Shown here: positions 17,565-20,000 of the stretch, piece by piece
How positions within the stretch are numbered: the first letter of the stretch is position 1
Layout of the letters: each line of letters begins with the position of its first letter
Source of the DNA: Psammoneis japonica
Lineage: Eukaryota
Assembly (NCBI GenBank): GCA_008632985.1
Contig: QPGO01000060.1
Location: 416,415-436,414, forward strand
Reading direction: 5' to 3'
DNA length: 20,000 nt
Program-made: the position numbers and the translations under genes
The notes under the pieces: generated by a model
Told to the model about the DNA's origin: nothing
What the model saw: only the letters and a program-made list of their open reading frames with translations
Database searches by the model: none

Positions 17565-20000
17565 AAGTGCAAGCCCTTCAGGGAGGGAGGGGGGGGGGGG
17601 GGGCTCGGACCACTGGCCTGGAACAGACAGACACAGCAGGGAGGAAAGAAGTGTGAGGCAGGGGCACATCTCGGGGTGCAGATGTGCTCTCCAGAGTGCA
17701 CAGCTGCAAGTGGGAGTGGCTTTGACACAGTGCCACAGTCTGTGTGGTGTGTGAGCTGTGCACATGATTTGCAGCATCACAGCACTGAGATTGTTCCATT
17801 GGTTGCCTGTGTTGCTGGAGGCAGAAAAAGATGATGGGCAGATGTGCTGCACTCTTTTGCATGTGCGATCCAGTGCTGCGACAAAAAATGTGCACATGGA
17901 AGGCATTGTGTGAGATGCTTGTTGGACAGCAAATGAAAAGCTGGTTGCATGCAATGGCACAGCTGACACACCACTTGCAGGGAGTCTAAGAAAAAGCTCC
18001 AGCGTGGCAGCGCTGGGTTGGCTTTGAGGAAGGTGGCTGCGATGTTCTTGTGGAGAATGAACATGGAGTTGGGGTGCCAAATGTGTGTGACAAGCAATGT
18101 CAGAAATGGGGCTGGGCACAACTGTTGGAGGAAACCAGCAACATGTGGAATGGCAGGGAAACAAATGACTGGCAATGTTTCTGTCAGCATCCAGTCATTT
18201 TCGTCAGCACATTTTGTTGCAGCAGCAAATGACGCTGATGTTGTTGTGCCCATGATCCCAGCTCAAACAAAGAACAAACATTGGCACAGCCAATCATTGA
18301 TGGCTGTCTTTTCAGAACTTGCCAAAACAGCACAAGTTGCTCTGATGCCACAAGCCAGCAGTCACGTTGGAGCAGCGCTGGGAGGAGAAGTGGCTGTGAA
18401 AAACCCATTGTTTTGGGTGAAGACCAGATTCACCATGATGCACAGTCAGCAACAATGGCTGGGGCACAATTTTGTGTACAACCAAATTCTTGTCATTGTG
18501 TTGTTTCCCAGCTCAGTCAGTGTCAACTGTTGGTCTCTCATCAATGAAGGGTGTTTTTGTCAGCACTCTCCTTGCCTTGCAGGTCACCTCCATCAAATTG
18601 CTGCCAACATTCAAGGGAACATGGCTCATTTTGCAGCCCTCCTCAAGGGGGGTTGTGGGACAGCCTCCCTTTGGGGCAATGAAAAGAGGTCCTTTTTCCA
18701 ATGGGGTGGTCACCCAACCATGGCTGGGTTGTGTNGGGACGCGAGGTCATTGTCATGAAGCAAGAAAGCAGCTTGGGGTTGTCAGTTGAAACTGGGTGGG
18801 GGTCAGTTTCAGGAGGCAGACTTGGCAGTGGTGGGAGCAGTGGCTGTGGTTGTGACAGTTCTTCTTGGTGTGGTTGCAGCGGCTTGAGTGGAGGAGGCTC
18901 TGATGGCTGCCATGTTCATGGTGGCTTGAGGAGTGGCAGGGGGAGTGTGATGGCATCCCTGAGGTGGGAGCACAGCTCAGAATGTTTGGGTGGGGAAGCC
19001 CAGCACTCCTTTTTACAGGATGCAATGGTTGTCCCTGCAGCAGGCAAAACATGTCTGAGTGTGACATGGAGGCACGACAGAGGTGTGTTGGAGGATTCCA
19101 TTTTGTGTGTGAATGAAAGGTCCCACCATGTGCACTGGCTTGGAGGGGTGGCCAGCTCAGTTGGATGGNCATGATGGGAGGAGGGAAATGAATTAGAGCT
19201 TGCACATCTTCTGGGTTGTTTGCACTCTCCATCTTTGTTGTTGTCACCTCATCACCTTTTGAACCACCAGCTGCATCATGATCATCGCTCTTGTCATTGC
19301 CGCACCCCCCATCATCTTCTTTCTCTTTGTCTTTTTGGCAGAGGAGCTGCACAAAACAGTGACAGAGGCAGCAGGGTGAGCACAAAGGGTGTGGAGTTTG
19401 ACACATGCAACACAGCAGCAACAAGAAAAATGGCTCAAAAGAAGGGCAAGAACTGGACTGACAGGAAGCAACCAGCACAGCAGTTGGCAAAAGCACAAGC
19501 ACCAGTGTTGGAGCTCAGATGATGATGACAAAGAACAAAAGTCTGGCCCAGCCAACTCTTGCAATTGCATCATCTGGTCAAGCGGGATCCTGGCCAGTGG
19601 CTGGCATCATGACAAGCTGGGGATGATCAGCGAGGAAAACATTTTAACAAAAAACTTGACCAAGCAATGAATTTGACAATGAAAGCACCTTGTGATGTGC
19701 AAAAGGCTTTTGTCTGTCTGGCTTTGCAGCGACAAGAAGGAAGGGCAAAGTTTCCTGCAGCAGCGCAAGCTCTTTGTTCTCTGGCAAGGGGTCATTTTGT
19801 GGTTGCAAAAAAATCATGTTTTGCACAACTGACCATCTGTCACAGTGTGACAACACATCCATCAAAAGGAAAAGGGAGCCCTTGACCACCACAGCGCATT
19901 CTGTGACAGGCGAGGCTCCTGCTGCTGATGAAACACTGTCTGCTGCTGCCAGCACAAGGCCAGCATCAAAAAAGCTGCTCTCCTTTTTCAGAATGCTTGT
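17565..20000. mobile_element. Heavily mutated repeat or transposon-derived sequence (family not identifiable), depleted of TpA and CpG and rich in TpG/CpA; runs off the window end
   Basis: Abrupt dinucleotide shift. Only fragmentary ORFs rich in C/H/W/M and nearly free of Y. Two N bases (18735, 19169). TE identity is inferred from the mutation pattern; no RT, integrase or transposase motif was recognised. Confidence 0.55.
17581..17603 (+). repeat. Polypurine / G-tract GGGAGGGAG15 at the compositional boundary
   Basis: Read directly from the sequence. Confidence 0.95.

Noticed and set aside
17475..19955. Numerous overlapping 60-250 aa ORFs on both strands as real genes
   Set aside because: TpA loss removes TAA/TAG stops, so long ORFs arise by chance. 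Translations are C/H/W-skewed with no recognisable domain.
17565..20000. Classical fungal RIP as the cause of the composition
   Set aside because: RIP depletes CpA/TpG and enriches TpA; the opposite is seen here.

Overview
Eukaryotic, gene-dense, largely intronless nuclear DNA, most likely from a diatom or other ochrophyte. This is inferred from the ASAFAP-like bipartite presequences, the SHAQKYF-type Myb and the GST type. Positions 1-17000 hold eight genes: two tandem paralogous low-complexity repeat proteins with plastid-type presequences, a G2-like/SHAQKYF Myb transcription factor, a bestrophin/UPF0187-like channel, a SEL1-repeat membrane protein, a glutathione S-transferase, a small PD-(D/E)XK nuclease-like gene, and a TPR/coiled-coil/PH-domain gene broken by about five indels. 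After a G-tract at about 17581-17603 the composition changes abruptly. The last ~2.4 kb has only 5 TpA and about 23 CpG by hand count, with a large TpG/CpA excess. It looks like a degenerate repeat or transposon that has lost both CpG and TpA, the opposite direction to fungal RIP for TpA. This is the most unusual signal in the window. All family calls come from motif recognition by eye; no searches were run.
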